From: Marsupella aquatica
Lineage: Eukaryota > Plantae > Marchantiophyta
Assembly: GCA_973895155.1 (NCBI GenBank)
Contig: OZ316894.1
Coordinates: 22,539,867 to 22,603,866 of the forward strand
Reading direction: 5' to 3'
DNA length: 64,000 nt
Numbering within the stretch: position 1 is the first letter of the stretch; every line of letters starts with the position of its first letter. Below are positions 61,048-64,000 of the stretch, in pieces. The notes beneath the pieces are model-generated. The model made no database searches. It saw only the letters and a list, made by a program, of their open reading frames with translations, and was not told where the DNA came from. Both the position numbers and the translations under genes were made by a program.

Positions 61048-62722
61048 TGTCGTATAGCCAGAAGAACAAAAAGGAACACTTTTTACATAAAGACTCGAAA
61101 TTCGATCCCTTTAAGAACAGATTTGGAAAGAATTGAATGAATTTATCTCTCTGAGTAATCTAAAGCTCTCAGCACATAGATTTCTTGTTTCTCACTAAAA
61201 GATCAAATAAACAAAATACCAAAGTAAATAAACTTATGTCTTATGAGTCAAGAGAGAGTCAATTATGGTCTGAAAACTCTGATTAGCTATTGCCACTCCT
61301 TCAAAAAGGACTATGGTCTTAGAATAGACATAAAACAAGTCTCATAACTCACTAATTTCTCTCCTGACTAAATAAAATTGCATGATAAGGAATTTCCAAT
61401 TTGCTAAACAAGTACTGCTCTGGTTACAAATGTAATGATATGACTTAAGGTGCCGGCAACATGGTTTGACATCAGCGATACGCAATTCCGTCAAACACTA
61501 AATCATATTCCATAAACAAAGTAACGGTACTGAATACTCTGAGAACCAAACTTTACTTCTCACATATCAAACAACAACTCTTGAATTAGCTAGCGAATCT
61601 TGACCCTTCAAGCAAGCCTAGCAGTGAATTCAATGTAAGTCACAGAAGTTTGTAACTAAATTCAAGTATCAAGAAATTTCTTGAATTCATAAATTCAAAC
61701 ATAAGTTTTACTTCCATACAAGACTTCTCTTGTTAAAATGGAAGGAGGGAAACTAACAGAAGTCTGATTGGAATTGTCCCCCCCTCCTCTCGAATGGAAA
61801 AACCATGAGGTTTTATAAGTAAAGGTTCCCTTAACTGAAAAGGCATGACTCTTCAAACCTCAAATATCTAAAAGACAATCCTAAAAGAAATAAAGAAATG
61901 CATTGGAGACTTAGTGGACGCTTTGTAGAGCGTCGGTGCTTTCCGGTAAAACTAATAAACAGTGGTTTTAATCTAATTTTAACTTCTAAACTAAAAGTCG
62001 GAATGAGCTGAGACTTTTCTAGAGTACTCTACTACATATAATCTCTATGTTGGTAAAGTTTCAGACTTTTCTGAGACTTCTAACTGCCTCAAATAAATTG
62101 GCAAAAGTGGTGCAATGTTATAAAAGTGCGGAAATCAGAAATATTTCTAAGTGTCGGGAAGATAGTGGACACTTCAGAAAGCGTCGATTGGATTTTGGTG
62201 TTTTGGTCGCGGCGTCTGTCTTCCGGCCTTCAGGTGGGACGCTTCAGAAAGTGGCGGAGTCTGTCTTGGCGGACGCTTCAGAAAGCGTCGATTCTGCTTT
62301 GTCTTCGAACACGGCCGAACAGTCAAGGCGTCACTTCTCATGTGGACGCTTCAGAAAGCGTCTCATCGAACTTGGGGTTAGCGGACGCTTCAGAAAGCAT
62401 CTTAAAGCGTCCGGTGTCTGGTTCGAATAGACGTTTCACGAAGCGTCTTCTGTTCCGTGGTATCGATGAAGGACGGCTCAAAAAGCGTCGTGGTTAAGGG
62501 GGTCGCATCTGGTTGGCAGCACACATGGACGCCTCTGCTGTCTTGAGGTTTATTGGCTTTGTAACTGGGGACGCTTCAGAAAGCGTCCTTAGTTAGACTG
62601 AAGTGAGTTAACCGCCAAATGGAAAGTGGACGCTTCAGAAAGCGTCGTTTTTGCTCAAAAAGTTTGAAACGATTCAGATTTTTCTCTTATGGTCGTGTTT
62701 CAGCAAAAGTCTCCTTTCCACA
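61048..62722 (-). mobile_element. ~1.7-kb 3' LTR of a second retrotransposon (possibly Tat/Athila-type Gypsy) inserted into the copia integrase
   Basis: TGT...ACA termini; copia coding stops abruptly at 61047; minus-strand PPT-like GAGTGGAGGGCTA directly precedes TGT at 62722. Confidence 0.7.
61916..62647. repeat. About 10 dispersed palindromic repeats GGACGCTTCAGAAAGCGTC within the LTR
   Basis: GACGCTT-CAGA-AAGCGTC (7-bp stem) at approximately 61917, 62167, 62237, 62271, 62344, 62383, 62430, 62471, 62569, 62628. Confidence 0.85.
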
Positions 62723-62823
62723 TAGCCCTCCACTCAAAATTCGCTGTGTCCGCACAAGAAGTGAAATAATATACTTGATCAGGCACTTCTGAAGTGGCTC
62801 TTTAATGATGTGGAGTTGTAAAA

Positions 62824-64000
62824 TTACATTGGAGGCCAAGGGTCAAGTAGAGGCAATCGAGCAAGTCCTCTGATAGCGTGGGATCCTTGAGTGCGAGAAG
62901 AGGAATGTAGTTGGAGTCTCTGTAGCTGTTCTCTGAGTTTAAGCAGATCCTTCTCATACTTATACTGAATTGCATATCCGTCATGAGCAACCCAGACATA
63001 GTAACGATAAGGCCATGGATGTTCTGGAGGTATAGGAGGAAAAGGACAAAGGGTTCTTCGAAGGGTATACACCCAACACCATATTTCATACTCAGAGAAT
63101 TTATGTCTCCTGTCCTTATCTATAGGTGGAACAACTTTAGGAAATTTATACGTAGGAATCAAAGTACGAATGCCTGGAGGACATAATCCTGGCAAAACCT
63201 GTTGTTGCTGTCTGATACTCTCTACTTCCAAATGCCTGAAAGCCATATGGTAGTCTTTCTTGGTCCAAGAATTAATAGAAGTAAGATTGGGGACAGGAAT
63301 AGGAGGTGGTAACTCAACCGATCTCCCTAATTTTGGTGGAATTCGAATAATTCGAGGATCTGCCTCATCCTCACTGCCATCACTTGGCGCACCTATCCAT
63401 CGAAAAATAACCCCTGGAGTATTGGAAGGAATCACAGATTCCTTAGCAGGAGGACAAGGTGAAGTCTCAGGAGACAAAGGTGCAATAGTAGGCTGTACTA
63501 GCTCTGGAATTGCCCTATCTCCTCGACCTGCACTGGGTGGTTCGTTTTCTAGCCGTAACTCCTCTGAGTAGGCAGCTACCTGCTCCGAATCGTTATATGG
63601 TTCCTGCTCATGGGCATACTGCTCTTGTACCTCAATCTGAGCCTCCACAAAATCTGTAGCAGCATGTAATTCCACCGAATCTCGAGCTTTCCGTAACCTT
63701 TTCCATGGTCGACGCCTATAAGTAACTGGATACTCATCTCGGGCTCGAGGTGGAGAAGCTGTAAGTGGAGCGTCCAGAGAAGCATATCTCTCAAAATCGT
63801 TTGGAGCTGATATGTGCTGAGGTGATGCCCCAGGACTCTGTTCCGAACTATCATAGCCCATTGGTATTGTGGGTAACCGGGAGATTTGACTTAATCTCTC
63901 AGCTAAGTCTTCCGAAATGTCCAATGGTACCGCCACCATACTACTACCTTCCTGCTGACTTGAATCATCTCGTTCAGATCTTCGCAAAAAGGAGACATCC
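62824..64000 (-). CDS. Retrotransposon-associated additional ORF next to the 3' LTR, unknown function, probably starting beyond the window
   Basis: 387 codons or more; Pro/Glu/Ser-rich N-part with an aromatic-rich C-terminal part; stops ~90 nt before the PPT. Confidence 0.6.
   Translation of the reverse strand, partial: DVSFLRRSERDDSSQQEGSSMVAVPLDISEDLAERLSQISRLPTIPMGYDSSEQSPGASPQHISAPNDFERYASLDAPLTASPPRARDEYPVTYRRRPWKRLRKARDSVELHAATDFVEAQIEVQEQYAHEQEPYNDSEQVAAYSEELRLENEPPSAGRGDRAIPELVQPTIAPLSPETSPCPPAKESVIPSNTPGVIFRWIGAPSDGSEDEADPRIIRIPPKLGRSVELPPPIPVPNLTSINSWTKKDYHMAFRHLEVESIRQQQQVLPGLCPPGIRTLIPTYKFPKVVPPIDKDRRHKFSEYEIWCWVYTLRRTLCPFPPIPPEHPWPYRYYVWVAHDGYAIQYKYEKDLLKLREQLQRLQLHSSSRTQGSHAIRGLARLPLLDPWPPM

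Noticed and set aside
62047-62497. ORFs with repeated DASES / GRFRKR peptides
   Set aside because: Translations of the LTR palindromic repeats
61916-62647. CRISPR-like array of palindromic repeats with spacers
   Set aside because: Repeats are only 18-19 bp, spacer lengths are irregular, there are no cas genes, and the context is a eukaryotic LTR

Overview
AT/GC-balanced, intron-containing land-plant DNA; the gene set and short introns suggest a non-seed plant such as a bryophyte, which is inference only. It holds six host genes: a multi-exon ABC1/UbiB atypical kinase (-), a GH43 glycoside hydrolase (-), an At1g67480-type F-box/kelch gene (+), an intronless divergent MAX2/D3-like F-box/LRR (+), an intronless NCL/EFCAX Na+/Ca2+ exchanger-like gene with a long plastid/thylakoid-like N-terminus (-), and a tandem AIG1-like GTPase ORF (-). 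The standout is a structurally complete 8.7-kb Mutator-like transposon (26125-34839) with ~333-bp near-identical TIRs and an 8-9-bp TSD. It encodes a DDE+SWIM transposase and, convergently, cargo coding for an RPA1-C-like OB-fold/zinc module and an unknown C2H2-like protein. The unrelated GH43 and NCL genes share a homologous 5' leader/promoter. The right end is a nest of LTR retrotransposons: a decayed copia, a solo LTR with TSD, and a 1.7-kb LTR carrying hairpin repeats next to an extra ORF. All protein family assignments come from motif recognition by eye, not database searches.
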